A stretch of DNA of 64,000 nucleotides from an uncultured Gemmatimonadaceae bacterium (GTDB lineage Bacteria > Gemmatimonadota > Gemmatimonadetes > Gemmatimonadales > Gemmatimonadaceae): assembly GCA_963843845.1 (NCBI GenBank), contig CAWJMB010000002.1:2272001-2336000 (forward strand), read 5' to 3'. The notes beneath the pieces were generated by a model. It saw nothing but the letters and a program-made list of their open reading frames with translations, ran no database searches and was not told the DNA's origin. Positions within the stretch are counted from its first letter, which is position 1. The number at the start of each line of letters is the position of its first letter. The translations under genes were made by a program, and so were the position numbers. This document shows positions 38,342 through 53,543 of this stretch, in pieces.

Positions 38342-38374
38342 TTGCGCGTCCCCGCCGGCGACGGGGACGCGCAA
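38342..38374. other. Perfect 13-bp hairpin just upstream of the epimerase start
   Basis: TTGCGCGTCCCCG-N7-CGGGGACGCGCAA. Confidence 0.6.
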
Positions 38375-38417
38375 TCTAACCCAACCCGGCGCCCGAGGGA
38401 CGCGCCGGCGGCACGCG

Positions 38418-39284
38418 CTACTTCACGCGCGGGAGGCGCCGCGCGTGCATCCCCGTCTCGATGCCCGGCTGCGCCTGGCTCAGCACGACCGCGGCCGCTC
38501 CATTCGTCGAGAGGCGCAGCACCTTCACCACGCCCACCCGCACCCCCGGAACGTCGCGCCCCGCCACGCGCCGTGCGGGACCGAGCAGCTCGAAGACGTC
38601 GTCCTCGCGCACCCCGTGCGCCGTTCCCGCGTCGAGCAGCACGACGCTGCCGACCGTGGGGAGCTCCGCGTTCCCGCGCACCCACACGACGCGGGTGTCG
38701 AGCGGCGCGGCGCGCGACTCCAGGGGGGGCGGCGCGCCCGCCGGTTCCGTCAACACGCGCTGCCCGACCTCTGCCGCGTCGAACAGCCGGACGATGCGCG
38801 CCGAGAGCAGATCGGCCGCCGCTCCGTCCACGGCGAGCAGCGCCGTCGGCACGAGCACTGGCTCGCCGCGCAGCGTCGGCCCCGGGCGAACGAGCAGCAA
38901 GCGCCGCGTCCCTTCGACGTAGCCCCGCGGCGCCGTGACGAGCACGACGTCCTCCAGCTGGAAGCGTCGACCCACCGGCGACGGCTCGACGCGCGACGCT
39001 TCGTCGGCGTCGAGCAGCGTGCCGGCCGCGGCGAGCGTCGCCGCCGACGTCACGAACGGCATCGCGGCACGCGCGAGCCGCCGCGTGCTGTCCGCCGCGG
39101 GCCACACGATCGGAAGCGTGGGCTTCGGGCTCGCCGACGCGGTGTCGTCGGGGGCGGCACCCCACGTCGTCGACGGCCCCATGATGGCGAGCGGCGTCAC
39201 CGGCACGCCCTGCGACGCCGCGTTCCGAGCGATGAGTGCGATCGCGGCGGCGGCGATCGGTCGAACGTAGGTCGTGCGCGTCAT
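38418..39284 (-). CDS. Hypothetical exported beta-rich protein
   Basis: Signal-peptide-like N-terminus MTRTTYVRPIAAAAIALIA; C-terminal LDAGTAHGVREDDVFEL...VGVVKVL. Confidence 0.7.
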   Translation of the reverse strand: MTRTTYVRPIAAAAIALIARNAASQGVPVTPLAIMGPSTTWGAAPDDTASASPKPTLPIVWPAADSTRRLARAAMPFVTSAATLAAAGTLLDADEASRVEPSPVGRRFQLEDVVLVTAPRGYVEGTRRLLLVRPGPTLRGEPVLVPTALLAVDGAAADLLSARIVRLFDAAEVGQRVLTEPAGAPPPLESRAAPLDTRVVWVRGNAELPTVGSVVLLDAGTAHGVREDDVFELLGPARRVAGRDVPGVRVGVVKVLRLSTNGAAAVVLSQAQPGIETGMHARRLPRVK

Positions 39285-39402
39285 GCGTCCCGGCTCCGGC
39301 GAATTGGTCCTCAGTGGAGACGGCTCGTCGACGCGCCGGGTAACGAGCGACGCGACGGCGGGGCGGCCGGCTCGACGACGCATCGCCGGCCGCCCGTACG
39401 AC

Positions 39403-39951
39403 TCAGAACGGCAGGTCGTCGTCCCCGTCCTCGAGCGCGCCCGGAAAGTCGTCGAAGTCGTCATTGCCGTTCGTCGGCTTGCCTCGCCCGCCGGTCGACG
39501 CCGCCGGGGTCGCGGACGCGGCAGTCGCCGCCGGCGCCGCCTGCGCCGGTCGCCGCTGGGGTGCCGAGTAGCCGCTGGCGCCATCCATGTCGGCGTCGCC
39601 GTCGCGCCGGCCGCCCAACAGCAGCAGCTCGCGGACATTGATCTCCGTGCTGTAGCGCGTCTGCCCGTCCTTGTCCTGCCACTGACGGTACTCGATGCGC
39701 CCTTCGACGTAGATCTTGTCGCCCTTCTTCACATACTTCTCGACGATGTCGGCGAGCGACGAGCCCTTCGTGTTCCAGACGACGCAGCGGTGCCACTCCG
39801 TCTTCTCCTGCCGCTGTCCGTTCTGGTCGTTCCACGTGCGGCTCGTCGCGAGCGAGAACTGTGCGACGCGGTTCCCGCCCGGCGTCGCCCGCACCTCCGG
39901 GTCGCTGCCGAGATTTCCGATCAGAGTGACTTTGTTCAAGCTCCGGCTCAT
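39403..39951 (-). CDS. ssb: Single-stranded DNA-binding protein
   Basis: LNKVTLIGNLGSDPE, KTEWH, C-terminal DDDLPF; GGAGG SD. Confidence 0.98.
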   Translation of the reverse strand: MSRSLNKVTLIGNLGSDPEVRATPGGNRVAQFSLATSRTWNDQNGQRQEKTEWHRCVVWNTKGSSLADIVEKYVKKGDKIYVEGRIEYRQWQDKDGQTRYSTEINVRELLLLGGRRDGDADMDGASGYSAPQRRPAQAAPAATAASATPAASTGGRGKPTNGNDDFDDFPGALEDGDDDLPF

Positions 39952-40045
39952 GGTGCTCTCCTCCAGGCTAAGTAGTCGCAATCCCTGCTACATCGAAACT
40001 ATGGGTCCGCTCGGAGCCCAACCTACCAATCTGACGCATGGCGCA

Positions 40046-40567
40046 TCAGCGCGAACGCACCAGCACGAGTGCGTCCTCCTGCGGGCGGCGGTAGTAGCCC
40101 CGCCGCCGACCGACCTCCACGAACCGCCGCGCCGCGTACAATCGCCGCGCCGCCGCGTTCGACTCGCGCACCTCGAGAAAGATCGAGACCGCGCCCCGGC
40201 GCGTGACGTCGTCGATCACCGCGTCGAGCAGCAGCGCGCCCACGCCGCGCCCGCGCAGGCTCGGCGCCACGGCGACATTCGCGAGTTCGGCCTCGTCCGC
40301 GGCGATCCAGGCGACGGCGTAGCCCGCGACTTCCGCGCGTGGCCGCACATCATCGCGCACGACCCCGGGCGCGTCGCACCGCTCCGCGACGCAGAAGCGC
40401 ACGTGCGCGAAGCCGAGCAGCGACTCGAACGAGGCGCGCGACCAGGGATCGGTGAACGCGAGCCGCTCGATCTGCGTGATCGCCTCGATGTCGTTCGACG
40501 TCGCCGAGCGTACGCGGAACGTGCACGCCCCACCCGCAGCCGCCTCCGGCGCGTTCGACGTCGTCAT
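40046..40567 (-). CDS. rimI: Ribosomal-protein-alanine N-acetyltransferase
   Basis: F.DPWS, NVAV, FLEVRESN, RRGYY..EDAL; downstream of tsaB. Confidence 0.92.
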   Translation of the reverse strand: MTTSNAPEAAAGGACTFRVRSATSNDIEAITQIERLAFTDPWSRASFESLLGFAHVRFCVAERCDAPGVVRDDVRPRAEVAGYAVAWIAADEAELANVAVAPSLRGRGVGALLLDAVIDDVTRRGAVSIFLEVRESNAAARRLYAARRFVEVGRRRGYYRRPQEDALVLVRSR

Positions 40568-41268
40568 GCCGACCGCCTCGCCTCGCTGCCGTCGCCCGGA
40601 AGGGAGCGTCCGTGCGCGGCCTCCCATTTCACCTGCGCTTCCGCCTTGCGGCCGTAGTCGGGTTCCCACCCGTCGAGGTCGACCGGTCCGGCGTGGTCCA
40701 GCAACGCCAGCAGCGCTCCGGCGTACCGCGCGTCGGGCGCGCGCGATGCGTCCGGGGTCACGAGCCGCGCCTGATGCTCGGCCGCGAGTGCGCCTAACGT
40801 TTCGGTCCGCACGACGCCGAGCGACCGGTGCGCCGTGACCTGCGTGCCGTCGACCGTGACGGCCGCCGCATACACGTCGCCGCGTAACGCGTCGGCCGAG
40901 ACGATGAGGCGCCCGGTCTCGCCGCCCAGCGACGCCGCGAGCAGCGCGAGGGAGGGCGTCGCGTACAGCGGAACGCGCCCCGCATGTGCGAGCCCCTTCG
41001 CGATCGACGCCGCGATCCGCAGGCTCGTGAAGCTCCCCGGCCCCGCACCGCAGACGATCGCCGAGAGCGCCCTCGGTGCGACGCACGCTTCGCCGAGCAT
41101 GTCGACGACGGCCGGAAGCAGCCGCTCTTCTTCGGCGCCGCGCATCGCCGTCGCGCCGGCGGCGAGAAGCTGCGTGTCGCGAAACACGGCGACCGTACCC
41201 GAGTACGTCGACGCGTCGAGCGCGAGCCACAGGCCGCCGCGCCCCGCGAATGCGTCAGGCATCGCCAT
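40564..41268 (-). CDS. tsaB: tRNA t6A biosynthesis protein TsaB
   Basis: LALDAST, GAGPGSFTSLRI..AKGLA, DA.RGDVY. Confidence 0.93.
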   Translation of the reverse strand: MAMPDAFAGRGGLWLALDASTYSGTVAVFRDTQLLAAGATAMRGAEEERLLPAVVDMLGEACVAPRALSAIVCGAGPGSFTSLRIAASIAKGLAHAGRVPLYATPSLALLAASLGGETGRLIVSADALRGDVYAAAVTVDGTQVTAHRSLGVVRTETLGALAAEHQARLVTPDASRAPDARYAGALLALLDHAGPVDLDGWEPDYGRKAEAQVKWEAAHGRSLPGDGSEARRSA

Positions 41269-41279
41269 CGACCTCGCGC

Positions 41280-41777
41280 TCACCCGGCCAGCAGCACGCG
41301 TCGGGATTCGTCGCCCGCGGCGTACTCGATGTCGATGGGCACGTGCGGCGGTAGGCGTCCCGCGGCGCGCTCCGGCCACTCGATCAGTACGATCGCATCC
41401 TCGGCGCCCACCACCTCGTCCCACCCGATGTTCGTCAGCTCGGCGGGGTGCTTCAATCGGTAGAGATCGAGGTGGAAGACGCGCCCGCGGGGCGCCGGAT
41501 ACTCGTGCACGAGCGCATACGTCGGACTCGTCACATCCGCGGTCACGCCGTAGCCGCGGCAGATCGCCTGCGCGAGCGTCGTCTTCCCCGCGCCGAGCTC
41601 CCCGGCGAGCGTCACGACTGTGGACGGTGTGAGCGCTCGGCCGAACGCCTCGCCCCACGCGACCAGCTCGTCGCGCGTGAGCGCGATGCCGCTGCGCGCC
41701 GCGGCCGGCGGCACGGTCGGCGCCCGATGCCCGTCCGCGGTGACAGCGCTCGCCGCGCCCGCCGGAGTGTCGCTCAT
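41280..41777 (-). CDS. tsaE: tRNA t6A ATPase TsaE
   Basis: GELGAGKTT, VTSPTY, HLDLYR, IEWPE. Confidence 0.96.
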   Translation of the reverse strand: MSDTPAGAASAVTADGHRAPTVPPAAARSGIALTRDELVAWGEAFGRALTPSTVVTLAGELGAGKTTLAQAICRGYGVTADVTSPTYALVHEYPAPRGRVFHLDLYRLKHPAELTNIGWDEVVGAEDAIVLIEWPERAAGRLPPHVPIDIEYAAGDESRRVLLAG

Positions 41778-43880
41778 CGCGCCGCACGCAGCTCGGCGAG
41801 CGTGCCGGGGCGCCCTTTCGGCGCGCCGCCGTGTCCGCTCCCGTCGCCGAACCGCGCACGCAGGTCGAACAGCTGGTCGCGCAGCCGCGCCGCCTGCTCG
41901 AAGTCCAGCGCGACCGCCGCCTGCTTCATCTCCCCCTCCAAGCGTGCGATGAGCGCGGCGGGGTCCGACGTATCGTAATGCGGCGCCGACTCGGCCACCT
42001 TCGCCCGCTTGTCACCGCGCTTCTTCGATGACTTCTCTGCCTCGTCGCGCTCCTCGCGGGCGTCGGCGACGCGGGTGACGAACCGCACGTCGGCGATGCT
42101 CTTCGCGACCGTCGTCGGCATGATGCCGTGCGCGAGATTGTGCTCGCGTCTGGATCTCGCGCCGCCGCGTCGTCTCTTCGATGCACCGCTGCATCGAGCC
42201 GGTGATGCGGTCGGCGTAGAAGATCGCGCGCCCGTTGACGTGCCGCGCCGCGCGACCGACGGTCTGGATGAGCGAGCGGTCGCTGCGCAGGAATCCTTCC
42301 TGGTCCGCGTCGAGGATCGCGACGAGCGACACCTCGGGCATGTCGAGCCCTTCGCGAAGAAGGTTGATGCCGACGAGCACGTCGAACTCGCCGAGTCGGA
42401 GCCCGCGCACGATCTCCATGCGCTCGATCGCGTCGATGTCCGAGTGCATGTAGCGAACGCGCACGCCGACCTGCTGCAGGTAGTCGGTGAGGTCCTCCGA
42501 CATCCGCTTCGTGAGCGTCGTGACGAGCACGCGCTCGCCCTTGCGCTCGCGCAGCCGGATCTCGCCCAGCAGATCGTCGACCTGTCCACGGACGGGACGG
42601 ATCTCGATCTCCGGATCGATGAGCCCCGTCGGCCGGATCACCTGCTCGACGACCGCCCCCTCGCTGAGCTGGAGCTCGAGCTCGCCCGGCGTCGCCGACA
42701 CGGCGATCATCTCGCGGCGTGAGCGCGAGAAACTCGTCGAAGATCAGCGGCCGGTTGTCGAGCGCGCTCGGCAGCCGGAATCCGTAGTCGACGAGCGTCA
42801 GCTTGCGCGCGCGGTCGCCATTGTACATCCCGCGGATCTGCGGCAGCGTCACGTGGCTCTCGTCGACGACGACGAGGAAGTCCTCCGGGAAATAGTCGAA
42901 CAGACACGCCGGCCGCTCGCCGGCGACGCGCCCCGAGAGGTGCCGCGAGTAGTTCTCGATCCCGGCGCACGTCCCGATCTCGAGCATCATCTCGATGTCG
43001 AAGTTCGTCGCGGCTCTCGAGCCGCTGCGCTTCGAGCAGCTTGTGCTCGGTGCGCAGGATCGTCAGCCGCTCGTCCAGCTCCGCGCGGATCGCCTTCACC
43101 GCGCGCTCGATCGTCGGGCGGTTCGTGATGAAGTGCTTCGCCGGGTAGATCGCCGTCTGCTCGAGCGTCGCGATCGTCTCGCCGGTGACGACGTTGATCT
43201 TCGAGATGCGCTCGATCTCGTCGCCCCACATCTCGACCCGCACGCCCTGCTCCTCGTACGCCGGGAAGATCTCGACGGTGTCGCCGCGCACGCGGAACGT
43301 GCCGCGCTCGAACGCGACGTCGTTGCGGTTGTACTGGATCCCGACGAGCTGCCGCAGGATGTCGTCGCGCGGAATGCGCTGCCCGCGCGCGAGCTGCACC
43401 ATGCGCTCGCGGTACTGCACCGGGTCGCCGAGTCCGTAGATCGCGCTGACCGTCGAGACGATGATGACGTCCGTCGCGCTCCATGAGACTCGACGTCGCG
43501 CGCAGCCGCAGCCGATCGATGTCCTCGTTGATCGACGCGTCCTTCTCGATGTACGTGTCGCTCGACGGGACGTACGCTTCCGGCTGGTAGTAGTCGTAGT
43601 ACGAGATGAAGTACTCGACCGCGTTCTGCGGGAAGAAGCTCTTCAGCTCCCCGTAGAGCTGCGCCGCGAGCGTCTTGTTGTGCGACAGCACGAGCGTCGG
43701 GCGCGCGTGGTGCTTGATGACGTTCGCGACCGTCATCGTCTTCCCCGACCCGGTGACGCCCAACAGCGTCTGGAAGCGGTCGCCGCGATCGAGCCCCGCC
43801 GAGAGCTCCACGATGGCCCGTGGCTGATCCCCGGCAGGCTGAAACGGCGCTTGCAGGTCGAACGCGGCGCGGTCGGTCAT
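41774..43880 (-). CDS. uvrB: Excinuclease ABC subunit B (frameshifted)
   Basis: [45 protein letters not shown]-terminal UVR domain FEQAARLRD. Confidence 0.98.
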
Positions 43881-43916
43881 CCCGGAATCTAACGGATTCT
43901 GTTCGGGGCGCCGCGA

Positions 43917-46103
43917 CTAGTCGTCGGACAGGTCCAGCCGCTCACGGCGCGCCACATCGGTGATGCCTTTCACCCGCCGCGCCGCGCGAATGATCTTCTG
44001 CAGGTGCGACAGATTCTCGACCTCGACGACGATCGAGCCGAGCGCGCGGCCGTCGTTGGTCCTGAGCTCGAGGTGGCGGATGTCGGTGCCGGTGCTCGTC
44101 ACGGCGCCCGTGACATCGGCCAGGAGGCCGCGGCGGTCGTGCCCTTCGAGCGTGAGACGCACGGTGAACCGCTCCCCCGCCTGCTCCTGCCAGTCGATGT
44201 CGAGCCGACGCTCGGGCTCGTGAACCAGCATGAGCAGGTTCGGGCAGTCCGCCCGGTGAATGCTCACGCCGCGCCCGCGGGTGACGTAGCCCACGACCTG
44301 GTCTCCCGGCACCGGCTGACAGCACTGCGCGTAGCGCACCATCATCCCATCGGCGCCCTGAATGCGGACACCCTTCGACGCGCCGCGGAACTTGTCGACC
44401 AGGCGCTCCAGGGCGCTCGGCGCTTTCGGCTCCTCGGGGGCGGCGGCGAGCTCGGGATAGACGGCGCGCAGCACGGTGAGCACGGGAACGTCGCCCTGGC
44501 CGATCGACGCGATCAGGTGCGGCACGTCCGACAGCTTGAGCTGGCGCGCGACGCCTGACAGCTGGCCGTCGTCGATCTTCGCGAGCTTGCGGCGGCGCAG
44601 CTCGCGGTCGAGCATCTCCCGCCCGACCTTCGCCGCCGTCTTCTGCTCCTCGACGCGGAGCCACTGCCGGATCTTGTGCCGCGCGCGGCTCGTCTGCACG
44701 TGCGCCAGCCAGTCGCGGCTCGGCTTCGCGGTCGACGACGTGAGGATCTCGACCTTGTCCGAGTTCTTGAGCTGCCGCGCGAGCGGGGCGATGCGGTCGT
44801 TCACCTTCGCGCCGCCGCAGTGCAGCCCGATCTCGGTGTGCACCGCGAACGCGAAGTCGATCGGCGTGGCGCCCTTCGGCAGCTGGATGACGTCGCCGGT
44901 CGGCGTGAAGACGAAGATCTCGTCCTGATACAGATCGAGCTTCAGGAACTCGAGGAACTCGTCCGGATCCTTCGCGTCGAGCTGCAGCTCCAGCACCTGC
45001 CGGAACCACGCGAGGTGTCGCTCGAGCTCGTCGCCGTTCGCCGCGTTCGCCTCCTTGTAGCGCCAGTGCGCGGCGATGCCGTAATCCGCCGTCCGGTGCA
45101 TGTCGCGCGTGCGGATCTGGATCTCGAACAGGTGCTTGGCCGGTCCGAACACCGTCGTGTGCAGCGACTGATAGCCGTTCGACTTCGGCTGCGCGATGTA
45201 GTCCTTGATGCGCTCCTGTACCGGCGTCCAGTGCTCGTGAATGACGCCTAACGCGTGGTAGCACTCGGGGACCGACGTCACGAGCACGCGGATCGCGAGC
45301 AGGTCGTAGATCTCCTCGTAGGGCCGATCGCGCTTCTTCATCTTCTTGTAGATCGACCAGAGGTGCTTCGGCCGGCCGGCGACGTCGATGACGTCGATCC
45401 CCGCGCCGCGCAGATGCCGTTCGAGCGGCGCCCGCAGCTGCGTGATCAGCGCCTCGCGCTCGGCGCGCTTCGTCGCGACGAGCTTCGCCAGGGTGCGGTA
45501 TTCGTCGGGTTCGAGGTGCTTGAACGCGAGGTCCTCCAGCTCCCACCGGATCTTCGCCATGCCGAACCGGTGGGCGAGCGGCGCGTACAGGTCGCGCGTC
45601 TCCTGCGCGATGCGCTTCCGCTTCTCGGGCGCGAGATAGTCGAGCGTCCGCATGTTGTGCAGCCGGTCGGCGAGCTTGATCAGGATGACGCGCGCATCCT
45701 TCGCCACCGAGACGAGCAGCTTCCGATAGTTCTCGACCTGCCGCTCCTGCGTCGAGTGCATCGGCAGCGTGCCGATCTTCGTCACCCCGTCGACGATGAG
45801 CGCGATCTCGCTCCCGAAGTCGCGCTCGATGTCGGCGACCGACACCGTGCTGTTGTCCTCGACGACATCGTGCAGCAAGCCCGCGGCGACGGTCACCGTG
45901 TCGAGCTGCAGGTCGGCGAGCGTCTTCGCGACTTCGACACAGTGCGTGACGTACGGCTCGCCCGACGAGCGCGTCTGCCCTTCGTGCGCGCGCTCGCTGA
46001 ATCGGTACGCGCGCACGAGCAGGTCGGGATCGAGCCGCTCGTGCACTTCGTTCGCCGTGAGATCCCACCCGGGGATCTGCTCGCTCAGAACCGTCGTCGC
46101 CAT
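43917..46103 (-). CDS. rel: Bifunctional (p)ppGpp synthetase/hydrolase Rel/SpoT
   Basis: Intact HD motif LLHDVVED, KLADRLHNMRT, PKSNGYQSLHT, EIQIRT, TGS and ACT domains. Confidence 0.97.
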   Translation of the reverse strand: MATTVLSEQIPGWDLTANEVHERLDPDLLVRAYRFSERAHEGQTRSSGEPYVTHCVEVAKTLADLQLDTVTVAAGLLHDVVEDNSTVSVADIERDFGSEIALIVDGVTKIGTLPMHSTQERQVENYRKLLVSVAKDARVILIKLADRLHNMRTLDYLAPEKRKRIAQETRDLYAPLAHRFGMAKIRWELEDLAFKHLEPDEYRTLAKLVATKRAEREALITQLRAPLERHLRGAGIDVIDVAGRPKHLWSIYKKMKKRDRPYEEIYDLLAIRVLVTSVPECYHALGVIHEHWTPVQERIKDYIAQPKSNGYQSLHTTVFGPAKHLFEIQIRTRDMHRTADYGIAAHWRYKEANAANGDELERHLAWFRQVLELQLDAKDPDEFLEFLKLDLYQDEIFVFTPTGDVIQLPKGATPIDFAFAVHTEIGLHCGGAKVNDRIAPLARQLKNSDKVEILTSSTAKPSRDWLAHVQTSRARHKIRQWLRVEEQKTAAKVGREMLDRELRRRKLAKIDDGQLSGVARQLKLSDVPHLIASIGQGDVPVLTVLRAVYPELAAAPEEPKAPSALERLVDKFRGASKGVRIQGADGMMVRYAQCCQPVPGDQVVGYVTRGRGVSIHRADCPNLLMLVHEPERRLDIDWQEQAGERFTVRLTLEGHDRRGLLADVTGAVTSTGTDIRHLELRTNDGRALGSIVVEVENLSHLQKIIRAARRVKGITDVARRERLDLSDD

Positions 46104-46124
46104 GTCGACCGGGAAGGTACTCCT

Positions 46125-46907
46125 CTAGAGAATCCCCGCCTCCGCGAAGCTCACGAACCGCCCGCGCCCCACGATGATGTGGTCGTGCACCGGAATATCG
46201 AGCAATCGACCGGCCGCGACCAACTGATCGGTCACCGCGCGGTCCTCCGGCGAGGGCGTCGGGTCGCCGCTCGGATGATTGTGCACCAGCACGATCGCGG
46301 CCGCGCGCTCCGCGATCGCCTCACGGAACACCTCGCGCGGATGCACGAGCGAGGAATTCAGGATCCCGCGCGTGACCATGATGTCGCGATCCAGCCGGTG
46401 CTGCGCGTCGAGGACCGCCACATGGAACTCTTCGACGGCCAGATCCTGCAGCTTGCCGACGTACGCATGATACACGTCGCGCGGCGATCGGATCGGCACG
46501 CCCTCGTCGCGCCCCTCGTCGCTGAGCCGTCGCCCCAGCTCGAGCGCCGCATGGATGGCCACCGCGCGCGCCGGCCCGACGCCCGGCACCTCCGTGAGCG
46601 ACGCGACCGGTTGAGACGCCACGCGCCGCAGCGAGCCGTCGGCGCGCTCGAGCACCGCCTGTGCGACCCCGATCGCCGACGCGGTGCTCGTTCCACTTCC
46701 CAGCACGATCGCCAGGAGCTCGGCCGAACTGAGGGCCTGCGGACCGAGCCCCTTCAGCCGCTCGCGCGGTCGTTCGGCGCGCGGCAACTCCCGAATCGTG
46801 CAGCGGCTCGGTGTGCCAGCACTCGGTGTGCCAGCGCTCGGTGTGCCAGCGCCCGGCGTCGTCCGCGCGATCCGCCGACGAGGCGCGCGTTCCATCGTGG
46901 TGTCCAT
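46125..46907 (-). CDS. radC: RadC/JAB-domain protein (UPF0758)
   Basis: ERPRERL, GVGPARA, VHPREVF, HNHPSGDPTPSPED, DHII. Confidence 0.95.
   Translation of the reverse strand: MDTTMERAPRRRIARTTPGAGTPSAGTPSAGTPSRCTIRELPRAERPRERLKGLGPQALSSAELLAIVLGSGTSTASAIGVAQAVLERADGSLRRVASQPVASLTEVPGVGPARAVAIHAALELGRRLSDEGRDEGVPIRSPRDVYHAYVGKLQDLAVEEFHVAVLDAQHRLDRDIMVTRGILNSSLVHPREVFREAIAERAAAIVLVHNHPSGDPTPSPEDRAVTDQLVAAGRLLDIPVHDHIIVGRGRFVSFAEAGIL
46806..46850. repeat. Three tandem copies of a 15-bp unit (G/A)CTCGGTGTGCCAGC in the radC 5' region
   Basis: Read directly; encodes (AGTPS)x3. Confidence 0.9.
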
Positions 46908-47071
46908 GTCGTCTCCGCCGCCCACGGCGGCAGCCGGCCGACGCGTGGCGAGCGTCGGCGGTCGGGACGACGTCGAACGAAGTGCGCGACGCCGCCTGCC
47001 GCGACGAGCATCGCGCATTCTCCTCGACGTGCGGTCTCCTGACGACGAGGCCGTACCGAACGAATGCGCGA

Positions 47072-47102
47072 CGGGGCGGACGCCACCTCGGCGTCCGCCC
47101 CG
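47072..47102 (-). terminator. GC-rich 13-bp hairpin downstream of secA (no clear U tract)
   Basis: CGGGGCGGACGCC-N5-GGCGTCCGCCCCG. Confidence 0.5.
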
Positions 47103-47135
47103 CGCATCCGACCCATCCGACCGCCGACGCCGACG

Positions 47136-50562
<3,427 letters not shown>

Positions 50563-50570
50563 CGAATCCC

Positions 50571-51173
50571 CTAGCGGTACAGCCCCGCCGCTTCGATGAA
50601 GTCGGCGACGCTCTCGGGAACGAATCCCCGAATCGAAAGACCTGCGTGAACGCGGGCGCGAATCTCGGTAGACGACAGATCGACCCGCCGCGTCTCGACG
50701 ACGAGCGGCGGGCCCCCGACCGATGCCGAACCAATGCCAGCGAAGTCGGCCATCCCGGCAGCCGTCGCGTTCGTCGCCCGTGTGAGCACGACGAGCGTCG
50801 CGAGCCGGCGAACGCCGGCCGGATCGCGCCACCGATGAAACGACGAGACCACGTCCGCGCCGACGAGCAGGAATCGCTCGTCGGCAGGCGCACGCGCCGC
50901 GATCGCCCTCAGCGTGTCGACCATGAAAGATAACCCGCCCCGGTCGATTTCGATCGGGTCGACCTCGAAGCGGGAGTCCCCAGCCACGAGGAGTCGCGTC
51001 ATGGCAAGACGGCCCGCGGCGTCTGCCGATATGACCCCCGCCTTCAGCGGCTGCGTCGCCGCCGGGATCAGGACGACGCGATCGAGCCCCAGTCGCTCCA
51101 GCGCGTCGATGGCGACGAGGCGGTGCCCCAGATGCGGCGGGTCGAACGTACCGCCGAAGATTCCGACGCGCAT
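50571..51173 (-). CDS. nadD: Nicotinate-nucleotide adenylyltransferase
   Basis: GIFGGTFDPPHLGH, LVGAD, SSTEIR. Confidence 0.96.
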   Translation of the reverse strand: MRVGIFGGTFDPPHLGHRLVAIDALERLGLDRVVLIPAATQPLKAGVISADAAGRLAMTRLLVAGDSRFEVDPIEIDRGGLSFMVDTLRAIAARAPADERFLLVGADVVSSFHRWRDPAGVRRLATLVVLTRATNATAAGMADFAGIGSASVGGPPLVVETRRVDLSSTEIRARVHAGLSIRGFVPESVADFIEAAGLYR

Positions 51174-51198
51174 GCGCGCGGCTCGCACCGCCGCCGAA

Positions 51199-51999
51199 CT
51201 ACGAACGCGGCGCGCGCGACGTGTCGGTCGCCGGACGCATCGAGTCGACCGCGACGCCCGGACTCACGACGCCGGCGCACGCCTGCGCGATCGCGGCATC
51301 GTCGGGATAGAACTTCCGCGCCTCGGCGCAGATCTCGACGGTCTCCTCCTTGTAGTTGATCGCGCGGAAGGCGACGACCATACGGAGGTACGAGTCGTGG
51401 GCGGCGGGGGTGCCCGGATACTTCGTAGTCACGTCACGGAAGTAGATCAGCGCAGGGTCATACGCCTTCCGACGCATGTAGTGCTCGCCGTTCTCGAAGT
51501 CCTTCTGCGCGAACATCGCGTTCAGCTTCGCGATCCGCTCGCCCACCTGCGGAACGAGCTTCGAGTCGGGGTAGAGCGACAGCAGCTGCCGGTAGGTCAC
51601 CAGCGCCGTCTGTCCGTACTGCGGATCGAGCGTCGGCTTGCGCCACAGCGCCTGGTACTCGGCGCCCGCCTGGAACAGGGCGTCGTCGGCGATCGAGTCG
51701 TCGGGAAAGGCGTCGAGAATGCGGGAGTACGATTGCGCGGCGAGCAGGTGCTCGTCCTTCCGCGCGTGCGTCTGGGCCTGGTACCAGTAGACGTCGGCCA
51801 GCAGCGTGTCGCGCGACGGCAGCTGCGACGCGAGCAAGTCGAAGCCGGCGAGCGCATTGTCCCACTTGCGCCGCTCGTACTGCTGCACCGACGCGCGGTA
51901 CAGGTCGAGCGTCGTCGGGAACTTGCGCGGCTGGAAGCTCTGCGCGCAGGCCGCCAGGGCGACCAGCCCGGCGAACGAGAATAGCCGAATCCGAAGCAT
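51199..51999 (-). CDS. bamD: Outer-membrane assembly lipoprotein BamD
   Basis: LAAC lipobox, TPRs, LYPDS, KDFENGEHY, KYP.T. Confidence 0.88.
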   Translation of the reverse strand: MLRIRLFSFAGLVALAACAQSFQPRKFPTTLDLYRASVQQYERRKWDNALAGFDLLASQLPSRDTLLADVYWYQAQTHARKDEHLLAAQSYSRILDAFPDDSIADDALFQAGAEYQALWRKPTLDPQYGQTALVTYRQLLSLYPDSKLVPQVGERIAKLNAMFAQKDFENGEHYMRRKAYDPALIYFRDVTTKYPGTPAAHDSYLRMVVAFRAINYKEETVEICAEARKFYPDDAAIAQACAGVVSPGVAVDSMRPATDTSRAPRS

Positions 52000-52117
52000 T
52001 GCGAGGTTGGTACCCACCAGGCGGATCGAGGGTTCGCGGGTGGCCCAAACAGCGCGAGGCGGAGCAGATCGCCCCGCCTCGCCAGACCGCCCCGCCAACC
52101 TCCGCGAGCGGCGAAAG

Positions 52118-53485
<1,368 letters not shown>

Positions 53486-53543
53486 CGGAACTCTCGTGGT
53501 GCGTGGATCGTGCGAGACGGGGTTCGACGAACGCTCGACGTGC

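Noticed and set aside
46125..46907. radC as a marker of a mobile or anti-defence element
   Set aside because: Full-length chromosomal type with HhH region, flanked by secA and rel; no integrase or att sites seen.
52054..52082. Hairpin GCGAGGCGG/CCGCCTCGC downstream of the sugar dehydrogenase
   Set aside because: 9-bp GC stem with a large loop; plausibly an ordinary weak terminator and common by chance at this GC content.
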